DNA of 63,525 bases, counting the filler, from Intoshia linei (Eukaryota; Animalia; Orthonectida): NCBI GenBank assembly GCA_001642005.1. It is 6 parts of 6 records of this genome, joined end to end, with 100 filler letters (N's around TTAATTAATTAA, not from the genome) between each part and the next. Parts side by side here need not be neighbours in the genome. Positions count along the whole stretch, not along the records: positions 1 to 22,617 come from LWCA01000588.1; 5 more parts are not named here. The stretch is one strand, 5' to 3'. The notes under the pieces were generated by a model that had not been told where the DNA came from, searched no databases, and saw only the letters and a program-made list of their open reading frames with translations. Of the stretch, positions 1-14,326 are shown piece after piece. The translations under genes were made by a program, and so were the position numbers. The stretch's first letter is position 1, and each line of letters starts with the position of its first letter.

Positions 1-267
1 CTAAATGTAGTAGATAAAGACATTAATTATATAAGTTTATAAAAATTTTCACAGAGCTCGTTTTACAGCCCCTACAATTATAGCGCCCACTTGGGGAAAC
101 ACTGACTTAATTGATCAATGATGAGTCATTAATGAGTATTTTTTAGAATTAATCATCGGATTGTCATTTTTTTATTAAATTACATCTAATCTATTGGGTA
201 TGTTTTTGAATTTTTTGAAAAAAATATTTGATGTAACACCCTACTGTATATATATTTTAATATTTAG

Positions 268-1702
268 GATGTATGGATATTGAATTAAATGACACTGGAA
301 TTCTCCAAGCCACAGAAATTGGAAGATTGCTTAAAAACGAGAAAGTCGATTACATATATTCTAGTAAACTCAAAAGAGCATTTACTGTAAATCTTTGTTA
401 GAAAATTTTTGCTTACCTAATTGTCTTTTGAAAATACAATTAATATTTCATTTTAGACTGCCGAATATATAAGGCAACAAAATATAAATTCTAAAGAAAT
501 TGACATTTCAAAAAATGAATGGTTAAATGAAAGGGTAATAAATTAAATACTTAAATAATGGAAATTTGAAACGATTATATTTATTTAGGGATATGGTTCA
601 TGTGAAGGAATGCATATTTCAGAATATCGACAAAAAAATGAGCAAGAAAAGTTGGAATGTGGTGTCGAATCAATTCAACATGTAAGCCAGTATTGATAGT
701 TTACAGCAGTGTATCTCAACCCTTTTTCAATATTTTCCTTGGGAAGACAATAAAAGTAACAAATTATTAAAAATTTTATATATTTTTGGTGCTTACTGAA
801 AATCTTTACTATACATGTAGTATCAGATTTTCTTAGAAAAAGATGCAAATTTAACCATTTCATTGTTTGTATATTCTATAGCAGTGGTTCTCAACACGTG
901 TTCGGCAAAATTTAATTGGGGTTCCGTGAAATCTAGATGTGATATTTTTCAATTTAAAGTTTTCTAAATTACTGTTGTATGCAATGAAAAAAATTTTTTT
1001 GATCATGCTTTTAGGTGCCGCGATTTTTTGAAATTTTTGAAAAGGGTTCCGCGCAGTAAAAAAAGTTGAGAAACACTGTTCTATAGTATACTATACACAG
1101 CATAATTTTGAAAAACTTTATTCTTTTATTTTCATACATTTTCACATACGAAATTTAAAAATTATACAAGTTTAAATTAAAACATAAATCCCACACTCTG
1201 GGATTTATGTCTGGGACCAAGACAGTGAAAGGGTTAAGAAGAAAAGTTGATTAGATTTAAAAAAAAATCTGGTGTAACTAATTTTGTGAGATGGTATATA
1301 GTTTGTTTCGATTTTTCTTGGACCCGGTTGAGAACTCTGATTTACAAAATAATAAATACATTTTATAAGTTATGAATTAAATAGGTCCGAATAAGATGCG
1401 GAAATTTTTGTAAAGACATGCATGCTCAAATCAAAAAATGTGTAAAACTACAAAATACAATTAGAGACAATGGTTCTATAAGTTGCACACCTGTAACAGT
1501 TATTGTGGTTAGTCACGGTGCATATTTCAATCAACTTGTAAAATATTTTAAAGAAACTAACCAACTTGCTCAATTCACTTCAAATTCTATCGAGAATTGC
1601 GAATGTCACTATTTTTCTTATGCAATAAAAGATAATGCCAAATTAAAAAATAATATATTTTATATTGATAATATTAAACCTGTTATAAAAAATGATAATT
1701 AA
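268..1702 (+). CDS. Histidine phosphatase (phosphoglycerate mutase family), TIGAR-like; 5' end upstream of the window
   Basis: Four GT-AG exons (268-386, 457-534, 589-681, 1385-1702) splice in frame to GCMDIELNDTGILQA...YIYSSKLKRAFTTAEYI...LNERGYGSCEG...GVES...VIVVSHGAYF. The SSxLxRAxxTA, LxERxxGxxEG, GxES and VVSHG motifs are typical of branch-1 histidine phosphatases. The N-terminal RHG motif is not in the window. Confidence 0.88.
882..1078. mobile_element. hAT (Charlie-type) MITE in the phosphatase intron
   Basis: TIRs CAGTGGTTCTCAAC / GTTGAGAAACACTG with a perfect 8-bp TSD TTCTATAG (874-881 and 1079-1086). Confidence 0.88.
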
Positions 1703-4700
1703 ATTGTTAAATTGTATCAGTTTTATAATAGTATTCAAATGCATATGTTTATTTTAACAAAATATTTAAAACAGAGTAAATTGGATCGGTGAGGAATTAT
1801 AATGATATGACATTGCTAGTGACGAAAAAGCGAGTCTAAAGTGATAATATATTATAATTTAAACAATGTACAATATGTTCAGTGCCGTGGAATGGATACC
1901 ATATTGAAACGATACATTTGTTAATTTTCTAAGCGTTAGTTTAATCTTATAACATTATTAATGAGCCTATTATTTTCTATATTCTAAAGGACAATAAGTA
2001 ATAAAAAGCAAATTTAGGGTTCGTTTGACTGGCACGGCACTGAATAGGTTAATTTAATTAATTAGTAAAGCAATACATCAATAATATAAAATAAACGTCA
2101 AATCTAATATCGGTTTCACATACAATGATTCATATATTAATCATTTCAAAAAATCGAATGGTTTATATAGGGTGTCTATTTAAATCCGACGGTTTTTAGT
2201 AAAAATCAAAATTTATCAACCCTTAAGGAAAAAATATAATTTTACCAACCCTGAACGGAAAAATCCAGTTTCACCAGCCATTTAGGTGAAATTCAAATTT
2301 TATATCGATATGTAAATTTTAATTTCTACTACATTTTAAAATAATCATAATACAAAAGGGGATTATTTAAATCATATAAAAGGGGGCGATTGTTCAAAAA
2401 AGTGGCAAAATTGAACTGGAATGTAGGAATGGAGGTTGGCAGTTTACCGAATAAATTTTTACAGGTAATAAAATTACTGATAAATTTTATTGTTACCGGT
2501 AATTTTTTATTGAAATATCAAAACTAATTCAATCTCTATAATTTATTTAAACATATTTATTTTATTTTTTGAAATAGTATTTTAAGAATATCAATAAATA
2601 ATCAACATCTGCAGATATTTTTGATGGAATTTTAGTAATTATATTGACGACAGTCGAACATATCATATCTGACTGACAATGGTAGGTTTAATAATTCTCA
2701 GTGCTGGTATATCCTGTTTACATTATCGGTTCTCATTCCTTGTCTTTCGATAATTGACCTATTAATGTTTTTAATATTTTTTGTGTTATCTAGATCTGTA
2801 TCAACTGTAATTTTTTTTAAATTCTAAAATTATTTACATTTTTAAAAAATTTATTAAAAAAAGGTCAATTTGAAGTTTTGATCGTGAAAATGCACTTTTA
2901 TGGGTTTGCATTTATCATAATGATTTTAAAATTTTTATCAGATTGTGTATTTTTTATAATTCTAGGAATCGTTTTCATTTTAAAAAAGGATAATTGGGTT
3001 TTTGACCTTGAAGGACTCAATTTCTGAAAATAAAATTTGCGATAAAATATCAACCTCGACAAATTGTAATAGAAAAATGGATTTTTTAAAAATCGACCCA
3101 CTTAATTTCTTAAATAAACTGAAACAAACAAATAATTCAAGCATGCATTTTAACTAAATTATTTATGTAAATCCTTACTAAGGATTTACCCTTATAAATT
3201 TACTTTAATTTACAGAAAAGTTTTATCAATTGCCAATCGTAACTGGAACCCATTCAAATTTATAATAAAATGAAAGGGGTCAAAAAAATCTAAAATAAAT
3301 TCATTGTGGTGCAACGCTATTGAAATGTAGTCTTTATAGTAAAAACTCTAATGATTTCAGTTTAACGTAGATTATAAACAATGTAATAATTATATGTATT
3401 TTCAAATTGACACTAAATTCGTGACTGATTTATTATAATTAGAATTACATCATGCATGATTCATTCATACAAAAACAAATAAAAATTATTGTTTAGTATC
3501 CATGTGTTTATTTCCAAAGCTTTTCCAGTTCAACAGAAAAGCATTCAATAATACACATGAGTAAAGTCTGACTCGCTAGGCTATACATTTTTTATATCTA
3601 TAAAATTATCCAAAATTTCTATGCACAAAAAAAATGTACAAAAATTAGTCATCCTAATTGTTTCACACCACAAAAAATGTATAAAATGGTATTTGAAAAT
3701 GTAAGAGTTAAAAACCTGATAAAACTAAATTATTCTAAATGATTAAATCATTTTGAAGATGTAAAGAAACATGTTTAATTACACAATGTAAAGTATATAA
3801 CTTCATAAGCACTTAATAATAATAATTAAATATGTTTTTTCGAAAGAGTCACAGAAATTGTAAAAATGAATATATTACATAAAACTACTAAAAACTTGTT
3901 TGACATCATCGCTACTTCTTCGACAAGAAAATGAAACAAAGCACAAATAAAGTGAAGCCCAAGCACACAGTTTAGTCTAGAATTGATAAATAAAGAACAT
4001 AATAGACCACGATAAAGACATAATAATTAGCATTTGAATGGATAAGATATATTCCACGCATATAATATATAACTGGTTCCCTCAATTTTCTTCGTTTGTG
4101 GAAAAAACCGATTTTCACGTTAATTTACACCAAATGGAATATAAATACCACCATCAATTTAATTAATTAGTTAAACCTTCATGATGAGAGCAAATAAACT
4201 AAACAAAATAGACAATATGTTGGTTGAATCATAAAATGTATCTTCTAGAAAAGCAAAATATTCTTCTTTTTGTCTAAATTCATATGGTAAATTATGTATT
4301 AGATCCAAAAAATAATATTCTTAAAAACAAAGAATCATAACCCTTCAATAGTGAAACTCTCTTAGGTCTCTCTATGACTCAGTATCTCAAACTGAATTAT
4401 ATAATTAAAGATCATATATGTAAAACAATTGATTTTATCTAAAATTTACGTTTTTATCACGTCCATTGTCAAAAAAGATTTCTTTTGGTTTTGTTTCATT
4501 TTGCTATAAATTTAAATTGATTTTAATGATCAACATAGTTATAATAACTACGCAAAAATTAATCACTCGCACGAAGTCTGAGTTTCAGACATTTTTTGAT
4601 TTAAATTTATTTTTTATGATGCCACAATTTCCACAGTGACCTGAAAAAATGTACACATGTATAAAAAAATTCGTATGCTTGTCAAAAGTTTGTTTGTTTA

Positions 4701-5209
4701 AGTAATTAGCATCAATTTGAAGTTCACATTCCAAACTGCATATGTAGTTCATGAATGTGAGAATGTTAACATTAAAAAAGGTTTAATTTGTATTAAAAAT
4801 ATGCATAATCTGATTGTATCTTATTTTTACAGTGTGCCGATAATTAAAGTTGAAAAGTGTTTTCAATTATCTAGTTAATAGTTATTTAATTAATTAGGTG
4901 ATTATTAGTAAATATTTGAAATATTAGACAACAGTTTTGAAATTTACTTTTAAGAAAATTATTTTCAATTTGTATATTTTTCATTTTTGGTTGAATGTGG
5001 TTTTTTTATGTGCATTGTGTTACCAAATGTAAATAACATGCTGAATTTTTAAATTTAAGTATCCAAACTTTTGAAAAATACTTGTCCACCACAAGAGATA
5101 ATCTACATGAAATTATATTGTTATCAACTAAATTAAATGTGCAACTTTGGCCGCAAGGCAATACATTTAAATACAATAAATTTGTAACACTCTAACAGTC
5201 ATCCTAATA

Positions 5210-5451
5210 CAGTATTATCTCTATAACTCGCCATTCTTGGGGTTTAGAAAAAGTTAGCGAGATAGAGAAGTTAAAACTATAGAAACCGTAAATAAAAACG
5301 TTAAATTGTAATATATTGTAAAATGTAAATTTTAACACAAATTGTAAAATTTAATACTAAAAATGTTATGTAAATAACTTATTATGAAAAATGGTTTTAA
5401 AACTTTAAGTTTATATTTTAAAATTAATGGCCAGTTGTGGAGAGAATACTG
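5210..5451. mobile_element. Tc1/pogo-type MITE
   Basis: TA|CAGTATTATCTCTATAACT ... AGTTGTGGAGAGAATACTG|TA: imperfect TIRs with TA flanks. Confidence 0.65.
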
Positions 5452-6093
5452 TATATCTTTCTCAAATATTAACAAGACATAGTGATAACATCATCAAAAT
5501 TGCCCAAAATTTTTTTTAATTGACCAATTTAATTACAAGGTGTAATTTATCACATAAAAATTAAGATTAACCTTGGTAAAATAGACTGATGAATTAAATT
5601 CATTGAATTGTTGAAAATGTAGTAAAACACAAAAAAATGTACACATGATTAAATACTATTCAGTTAAATCTATAAAACCAATCAGTTTAACATTACAGAT
5701 AAGCACTTGAATTATTATACAGTAGAAAATTGCAATAACTATTCAAAGCATATTCCCATAATTCATACTTGAAATATGGTTGTGAAGTAAGTTTGATACA
5801 TTTCAATTACGTTACATTTGTAGTCTGTTTATCTTTACATTATGAATGAATAGAATAATCGGATAATTAAATGTTAAAAATAGACAATGAAATTCATTGA
5901 GAGGATAACCTAATCAAGTGTAAAATTCTCATACATTAAGTTTACAGCAGTCCATCAAAATTCCCAAACAGTGATAATGTGATTACGTTTCCAAGTAATA
6001 ATACACTTTTGGCGCAATATGGTTGCACAATTATATTGTACAAACAATATTCAAAACTAAACTTTAAAACAAATTTTCGTTTATTGAATTAGG

Positions 6094-9000
6094 ATGGAAA
6101 AAATGTGTACTATTAAAACTAAAACGTGTACCAATTTACGGTTAAAAGCTACAAACGAATATCATAGACAAAATTTAATCAATTTCAAACTCAAAAATCT
6201 TAAATTACAGCGACTTGCCGTTGTTCGTCAAAAATCTAAAGCTCACGCAAAAGAAACTCTCCAAATTTTTAGAAACGAAAAGAATAGATTGGTTTCAGCA
6301 TTGAAGGCCAAAATTATAGTAATTTTTAAGATTTCATTGATTTTTTACTGTAATTGTTACTTTACCTCATTGATATTTTTATATAGTGTACTTTATTTAG
6401 TCTGAGTAACCATTTTTGGGGACCTTTTCCACTAAAGTTAAACTACAATATCACTGTAGTTACGGTATTAAACTAATTACTTTATATTTGACCAGGGTGA
6501 TTGTTATGTACTACGTACAAACATCACGTAGATTTGCCAGGCCGGACATTTTTATTCTACCATGAAAATAAATTCAATTACAAAATCTAACTTAAATTTG
6601 CTACTATTCACTATTATCAATCATATCAAGGAGTGGATTCCAAACTTGTTTCGATTTGTGATTTTTAATTTAACGTGAATTATTTCCACTTAATTTTATT
6701 TTGTTAACATTTGTGTAAAGAATTTTGTGATCACATCTTTTTAATTTATTAAATAGGATGCGTGTATAATTTTAACAGTAGCTCAGGTTGAATATTAAGG
6801 GTCATGTATCCTCTAAGGCATGGTTTCCCAACGGGAGCCATGTGACTAAAAGGAGCAACTTTAAAAATCAAGGGGACAATAAAAAAAAATTTTAATTGGG
6901 CCATAAAAAATTTTTTATATATTTTTTTGGATAATGTATTTATCCCTTAAAATTGAGTATATAGAAAAATCTAAAAGTGCTAAAATGCTATATTTCTTGG
7001 TCATCCTTAATTATTTTTAAAAAAAATTATAATGGGACCACAGAAAGAAATTTAGTAAAGAAGGTTCTATAGAATCGAGAAGATTGTGAAATCGTGATCT
7101 AAGATAGACTTGAAGGTATAAATATATATTAGACAAAAAATCGACAGTTTAGTTCAGCCATTCTCAACGGGGTCCACAGCACTTTTTTGGGGTCCATGAA
7201 AATTATATACATTTATTACATATTAAAGACATTTTCAGTAACATAAAGGCTTAGAAATATTAATATAAAGCGTGAGAATCATGTAAAAATAAATTCTTTG
7301 GTATTAAATTAAATTACTTACAAGTGTAAAAACTTATTGGGAAACCTCCATTGTTCTATTTTAGGAGCATCGTTTTATTTAATTATTCTATTAAAATGTA
7401 TGACCGAGCCAAGTTTCTAGTCATAAAAAAAGCTTTAAATTTCAAGTTGAAAATGGAACAAAAAATAAGTCAATATTCATGATTCTATAAAGCATCAACC
7501 AAGGGATATAAAATATTAATTCTTCACATGGAAAATAGATAATATAGAATTTTTATTGATCTGATAAAATATGTAGTAAACAATTAATAATGTACAGGTT
7601 ATTCTCGATATTTTGACAAAATCTGAACTTCATTTTTTAAGTTTTTGAAAAATTTTCAATTTGTACAGTAAAGTTATTGTTTTAAATTTCTGTTTGCGCA
7701 AATTGTGTTATTGTTATTGTTATTGTTAATTATATTTTCGTCCATATTTAAATTTATATAAGTTATTTACTAAATTAAATTTATTAAATGCATCACTTAT
7801 GCAGAATTAAATAATTGTAATTTAAATGACATGCTTCGTGAATTTAGATATAAATTATGTAAAGCCAAAACTACTTATCTATGGTGACGAATAAAAATTT
7901 TCAGCTTAAAATGTATTCCAAATAAACTAAAAGTTATACTACGTCTTTTTTTTGTCACACTAGTTAAACTAGAGGTGGGGAAGCATTTACTGTTAGAGAG
8001 TCGCACTTAGTTAGATTTATTTAAAAAAAATTAGTAAGGCCCGCCTTTCTAAATAAAATTTAATCAAATACAGCAGTGCTTCTCATGGGGTAACTGGTCA
8101 CCCGAAGGGGTGAATACGACAATTTTAAATGATTGGGGTGAGTGATAAATTTTTAGCATATTTTATTCAATTTCGTAAAATGTTATGAGAAAAAACCAAA
8201 ATTTTACCAACCTTTAAGGAAAAAACCTCTTTTACCAAAAATTAATATTTAAAAATAAAATAATTGAGATTGTTCAGAAGGCCCCACTTTCCCCATCTCT
8301 GGGTTAAATTATATTTATAAATTCTAATGTTAATCAACCATTATAATTTTTTTATTAAGCCTTTAATATTTTATTTTTGGAAGTGTTTTTAATTATATTG
8401 AAAAATGTATATTGTACAATATGTGAGCAGTAGATTCACTTTTATTAATTTATTAATAGTAATATTTAAAGTTTTTTTAATGATAATTTTAGGAAGAGGA
8501 ACATAAACTTAAAAATGAAAAAATATACTTATTGGAAAAACAATACCAACATGAATTATCCCATATTGGAGATGCTCATTCATCTGCTAAAAACGCGGTA
8601 ATTTATTAAATCCATCGTTTTTGATCAAGTGGAACAATGTAACCCACGAGATGATGCACTGATTTTTAATTTTAATTCATTAATTTATTTTCTAAAAGGG
8701 TTTGCTTTATCTAAGCGATTACTGTAATTAATTAAAAAATTTTAGTCTATTGAAAATGAAATACGCCGACAAAAGGCTGGAAAAATTAAACTTTTCTGTA
8801 ACATGAATAATAAAGAAAGACACATGAGAGCATTGTCGTTATTAAAAGATTTAAAACGTGAAAATAATCGACCACATGAAATTTCACACCAATTGAGAGA
8901 AAAGGTTAAATACATGGAAAACAATAGAGCCAAGAACATTGCGAATTTACCTAAATCAAACATTGCAGATATTGAACATATTTTAAAAAATGTAGATGCG

Positions 9001-10979
9001 AAACCAAAAATAAAAATCATAGATAATCACGGAAATACCTATATGCATGTACCCGAAAACTCTAAATTTGCAATTTCTACTCATGAGGATGAAAATGCAA
9101 ATCTACTTGCTGGAAGGGAGAATAAAAATAATGAAATAGAATTTCAAAAAGTACTCGAAACTCGAGAGAAAATTAATGAAATTGCATTAGAACGACACTC
9201 TAAAGCTTTAAAGATTGAGCGTATTCGGAAAAATACAAATAATTTGATGGAATTATTTAAAAAACATCAAACTTTGTATTTTAATCAAAAATCAAAGAAT
9301 ATATCAAAATTACCTAAACAATTGTTTCTACCTCAGTGCCAGCGTAAAAATTTAAATATGGTTAAACAACAAAACATGGAAAATTTATTTGAAAAAAATT
9401 ACCGTGAAAATACATCACATTATGCAGATTTGAACGCTTTAAGAAAAGAAACTGATTTTGAAGATACCGAGTTTTCCGATGAATATTTAGTGACAAATAA
9501 CATGGAACCTCTCAAAGATTTATCTGCAGAAAGTGATTTGGAAAGTACTAAATTTGTTAAAAAGTCTCAAAATGATATTTCTTGTTTATCAGAGTCGAAA
9601 TTTTATGACAAATATACACATGACTCTCAACACCCTGAAACAACGTATGCATCTTCTCTTTCTAATGGTTTACATTTATCAAAACCCAGTATTATCTCAA
9701 ATTTTTCCACCAAATTTAATTTAGCGAGTATTTCAAGTGATTCAGATTCAATGTCTGTTGTTTCTAGTAATGTGTCAACCTTAGTTGATAGTAAAATTGA
9801 TAATGTTATAAATGAATCGTTGATTCATACTGGAGAAAAAGCTATCGCTCAATTATCTGATAGATCCTTTATTTCGACAGAAATGAATTATTCTGATATG
9901 TTCATGTATGGTGTTAAAACTGTTGATCCTTTTCAAGATTTAAACGAATTTAATGAATTGAGTTTAAATCAAAAAAATATGACTAGTTCTCCAACCAAAC
10001 ACCAAGTACCACCTTTTTTAAAAAATGTACCAAATTTATCATCTAGTATTAAAATGAATTCAACAGCCGAGGATTCTTACAAAAAAAGCTTCGATAATGT
10101 TGTCAATAAATTGCAAGTTTGCTTGGAAGAATTGCATCAATCTAAAAGTGTTTTGGAATGTGATTCTACCAAATATGATTCCTTTTCCAAATCTTTTTAT
10201 AATTCGGCTCAAAAGGCAGTGGCAGTTAATTCCGAACGATCCCTTTCGTTGGATATTAATGATACTGGTTCTGTTTTGTCTATGTTTAACTCTGCCAGAA
10301 AAGCTGTTGCTCTTAATTCTGAACGATCCCTTTCGTTGGATAATAATGATACTGGTTCTGTTTTATCTATGTATAACTCTGCCAGAAAAGCTGTTGCTTT
10401 TAATTCAGAACGATCTCTTTCATTGGATAATAGTCACGATAATTTTGATACCAGTTCCATAATATCAAGGCCTGATGACAATTATTGGGTCCATGAACTT
10501 GATGCAAAATTTCATCAACTTGAGGTACATTGTGTTTACTATTAAACCCACTCTTATGATTAATAATCATTGATTATATGTTGAGACAAGGATTTAATTT
10601 GTCTACAAAAAAAATACCATAATAAAATGAAATTTTTTTAACCTAAGCGTATTTGTTATCGTAATCCAGGTCTCCTCTAATTTACTGATGGTTTTATCAA
10701 AATTTCCCGTGTTTAACATTGTACAATCGGTACAGATACGAATATTTCATTTATTTGAATGATACCATTTTTAATTGGACCCGCCCATATAATACCATTA
10801 TCATATTTATCTATTTGAAATACCGGTTTCAGTTATAAGAATCTAATATTGTCAAAATTATAATAGCTTATGTTTAGGTGGATATTTCCGATGAACCTGA
10901 TATGACACTTGTGAGTATATCAGATACTCCTATCAGTGAAATGGACGAATCTATAAATAGCACGCTTAAACCAAATTGA
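6094..10979 (+). CDS. CEP295: CEP295/Ana1-like centriolar protein, about 736 aa, 4 exons
   Basis: Exons 6094-6318, 8493-8597, 8746-10524 and 10878-10979, all phase 0. The N-terminus (LQRLAVVRQK...KIYLLEKQYQHELSHIGDAHSSAK...ERHMRAL...ENNRAKNIANLP) matches the conserved CEP295 N-terminal region as I recall it (LRLLQVREQ...KIQNLEKLY...MGEGHRQAK...RHKEAL...EKERSAKITSLP). The last exon has DEPDMTLVS, resembling the CEP295 EEPELTL motif. AATAAA follows near 11013. Confidence 0.8.
7971..8300. mobile_element. hAT-like MITE (GAGGTGGGGAA ends) in the first CEP295 intron; related copy at about 43379-43892
   Basis: AGAGGTGGGGAAG ... CTTTCCCCATCTCT inverted ends. The second copy has near-identical 8-bp flanks ATTTAAAA/ATTTAAAT. 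Confidence 0.55.
10198..10440 (+). repeat. Coding tandem repeat, 87 bp / 29 aa, about 2.7 copies, inside the CEP295-like gene
   Basis: NSAQKAVAVNSERSLSLDINDTGSVLSMF / NSARKAVALNSERSLSLDNNDTGSVLSMY / NSARKAVAFNSERSLSLDNS. Confidence 0.95.
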
Positions 10980-12692
10980 ACCATTCTTTAACTTGTATTA
11001 CCTCAACCTTTTAATAAACTATAAAATGTATGTCTTACTATTTTATTCTTTTAACAATAATAAATGTGAAATTTATTCTTATTAATTTTCCATAAAAATA
11101 CTTATCGACCTGTAATATTTTGGGATCCTTACATGTACAATGTACATACTTTTTAGTCAATTCAATGAATCATTATAATGATGAATATTATTTAATTTTG
11201 AAGCATCTTTATATGTCTAAACTTTAGACCAAGGCGCGAAACGCATATTTCTTTGTGGACCACAATATGTATAAATCTAATGAGACTAAACGAATGGCAA
11301 CCCCTGGTAACCAGACCGCCAGAAGACAGAAGTGATTTGAATTTGACATTATTTTTTAGCAATTTTAGTGTGACCGTGAAGGCGTTAATTTTGAAAATTG
11401 AAATTTTTTCTGGATAAAGTTGTATTGATTAAGAATTTTTTTAAATTGTAAAAATAAGTTTTTTAATTTTTAAAAAAGGAGCAACTTGTGTTTTGACGAA
11501 CATTGAGTTGTCATAATCACAGAGCTAACCATCATCTATTTTGAAAACCTATCGGTGGTGTAGAACTTAATCACATTGATTTTTTGAGCAAAGTTTTGTG
11601 GTTTAGGTTTTCAAATTTTATCCACAATTTATAGTTTTTTAAATATGCTTGATCTCAAACTTTGGTAGCGTTATTAAGGGAAGTTTTTTTAGAGATTTTG
11701 AAGATAATTTGATACAGTTTATAAGGGATGTTTTTTCACCCAATTTTTAGAGAGTTTTAAGGTAATTATGGGTCCAAAATTTGGTAGGGAACATATTTTT
11801 TTAATACTCTGAAGATAATTTTGTAGAGTTTATAAGATATCTTTAAAAATACTACAAAACTTTAGACCCACAATTATCTTTAAAAATTAAGTCAAAAAAG
11901 TTTCTCTAAAGTAACCATGAAAAAATCAATATGATAAATTAGTAAAATCGATGATTCGTCGTAGTCCAAACGGTACGTCACGAGATTTTTAACTAATTTC
12001 AAAAATTGAATACAACTTGATAAATTAATAGCAAATACAGTGATTAATTTGAATCTATACACTTCAAACAAACAAATCACCAAACTTAATGTAGTTATTT
12101 TAATAAACATAATAATTTAAGCATTTGGGTCCACATTTTATGAGTATATTTCTGCAAAACCGAGTCAAATATTTCGGACAAATCGATTTTAAGTATTTAG
12201 AAATTTTTTTACATATTGGGTGCATCGCAATAGTAAAAAGTTTGGGAACCACTGCAATAGAGAATAGACGTCATGTGTTTTTGACTTAACTTGCAAATTT
12301 CTGATATATTTTAGTTTTTTTACCCTAATTTCTGAGTTTAAAAAAAATAACTTTGAATTGAACTTTTTCATATTGTTGGGACTTAATTTTCCAAAAAAAA
12401 TTAAAAACCTTTTAAATATTTTACATTATTTGTGAGAATATATTGACTAGAGGTGGCCAATAGCAATCGATAAAAATTTAAAAAATCTAAACTAACATTA
12501 ACCAAAATATCAAAGTTATTCACCTTTTAATATATTGTCACATTTGGAGAAAATGAGTTAATGTAGTTAATTTAATTTATTTTCTCAAAATTAGTTGATA
12601 TCAAATGTTTATTTAAAAAAATGAATCTAAATACTGTACTACAAATTATTAATATTATTCAGTGAGTAATCGCATTAAACACTAGCATTAAT

Positions 12693-14058
12693 TTATTTCA
12701 TTTTTTTGAGTTCATGATTAATTCTATCCAAAGAAATATCTTCTATAATTGGATTTTCAACTATTTGAGGTGCTTTGTAAAAATCATCTTCATTTAAAAC
12801 ATGATCGATGGATGGAATTAAAGCACAACCAATATTTCTATTTTCAGCGTTTAACATGTTGAATAAAGATAATGCCCTATTCTAAAAGAATATAAAATAA
12901 ATCATTCCTACGAATATGGTAATAATTACTAATAATATAAATGGAATAATAAAATAAGACGTATACATGTAAACAAATATTTATTACTGTTTTCATAATT
13001 TCTGGTTTAATGGAATTGGAAGCTAAATACATTCCCACTTTAGAATCAAATTTTGATACATTCGATTCTTCTCCGACTCCAATAATAAATAAATCTATTT
13101 TATATAATTGAAATTGATACAATTTTAACATAATTTTAAAAATAAAGTAAAAACAGTCCAATCCTAAAAATTGTCATAAATAGCATAAATTAAGAAAAAA
13201 TAAAATTATAAAAACCTATTTTGTCATTTTCTATATAATAATATATATTCAGTACCAATTTAATTCAATTTAATAAATACATAAAAATACCAATTATGTA
13301 TCAATAATTAACGGAATCGGCACTTTATAAACATAATTCAGGTGAATTTTACCAATATTGCAAAAGATTGTAATAAATATAAAAATTATATAACAAAGTT
13401 GTATTACTTTTAGTAATCGTTGTTGTAGTTTTAATTTAAATTTTAAACAAAATGTTTTGGAAATGAGAATTTGAGATTGCGTAGCAATGAAAAAAATTCC
13501 TGGTAATTATTGAAATAAATAGTAACACACACACAAACAAATATTTCAAAGTATATAATGTAATAATAATGTTAAATTACCTATTTTTGGTTTAATTTTT
13601 GTTAATATGTTAAGCGAGTCAGTATTAATATCTGCAACGTTTTTTATCTAGATTATGAATAACCTTTACATTAAAAAAAATTTACATTCCATGAAAACAA
13701 TCGATTTCTTAATATAAGTAAAGATCCAAATATTTTTGTTCCATCAACAAGTCTATGAATTTTATAAATCATAATTTATTATTACATCATGTCTAGAAAA
13801 CTTATTTAAATTTAATCCAAATTATACTAATAATTCCATCAAAATAATACTGAAATCCATGAGATGAATGACATAAGAATTCAACACGATTCTTATTTAA
13901 ATTAAATTTTCCAAGCGTGTTACTGGGAAAAGTTCCATCATCATCAAGTCTTGCCCAGCGACGTGATCTATACTGTAGATGAATTTTTTAAATGGTTAAC
14001 ATTGTATAAATAATTACAAAGCTTGGTATGGTTTTGATCGATTAAGGATTTTAATCAT
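12693..14058 (-). CDS. NDUFAF3: NADH dehydrogenase complex I assembly factor 3 (Mth938-like/DUF498 domain), 6 exons
   Basis: Spliced minus-strand product MIKILNRSKPYQALSRRWARL...CHSSHGFQLVDGTKIFGSLLILRNRLFSWNIKNVADINTDSLNILTKIKPKIDLFIIGVG...IKPEIMKTNRALSLFNMLNAENRNIGCALIPS. It parallels the NDUFAF3 pattern (GF..G..V.G...WN...ITEDS...P.IE..V.GTG...EV..T..A...FN.L..E.R..GAALIP). The basic N-terminus fits a mitochondrial targeting peptide; the start exon is the least certain part. Confidence 0.88.
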
Positions 14059-14326
14059 AAGATTTCATTAAAAATTAAAATTGTTAGTCTTAAGTTGAGA
14101 TTCTTGTATTAATTCTGGTAATTACACTAACTTTATTGTAAATTTTTTGAAATTGTTGAAATTTAACAATTGATATTATTGTTTCAACTGATATTTAACT
14201 GAATAAATAAATGATTCGACACTGAAAAAACTTGCGAATTAAAATTTAAATGTAATTATAAAATGTTTACTTTAATCATACGGATTATACATTTTTAATA
14301 TATAAAACTAAAATTTCAATTTTTTT

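Noticed and set aside
8742-10462. ORFs 8742-9020(-), 9533-9724(+) and 10097-10462(+), and most other 60-100 aa ORFs in the track
   Set aside because: Shadow frames of real exons, or chance ORFs in AT-rich introns and transposon remnants.
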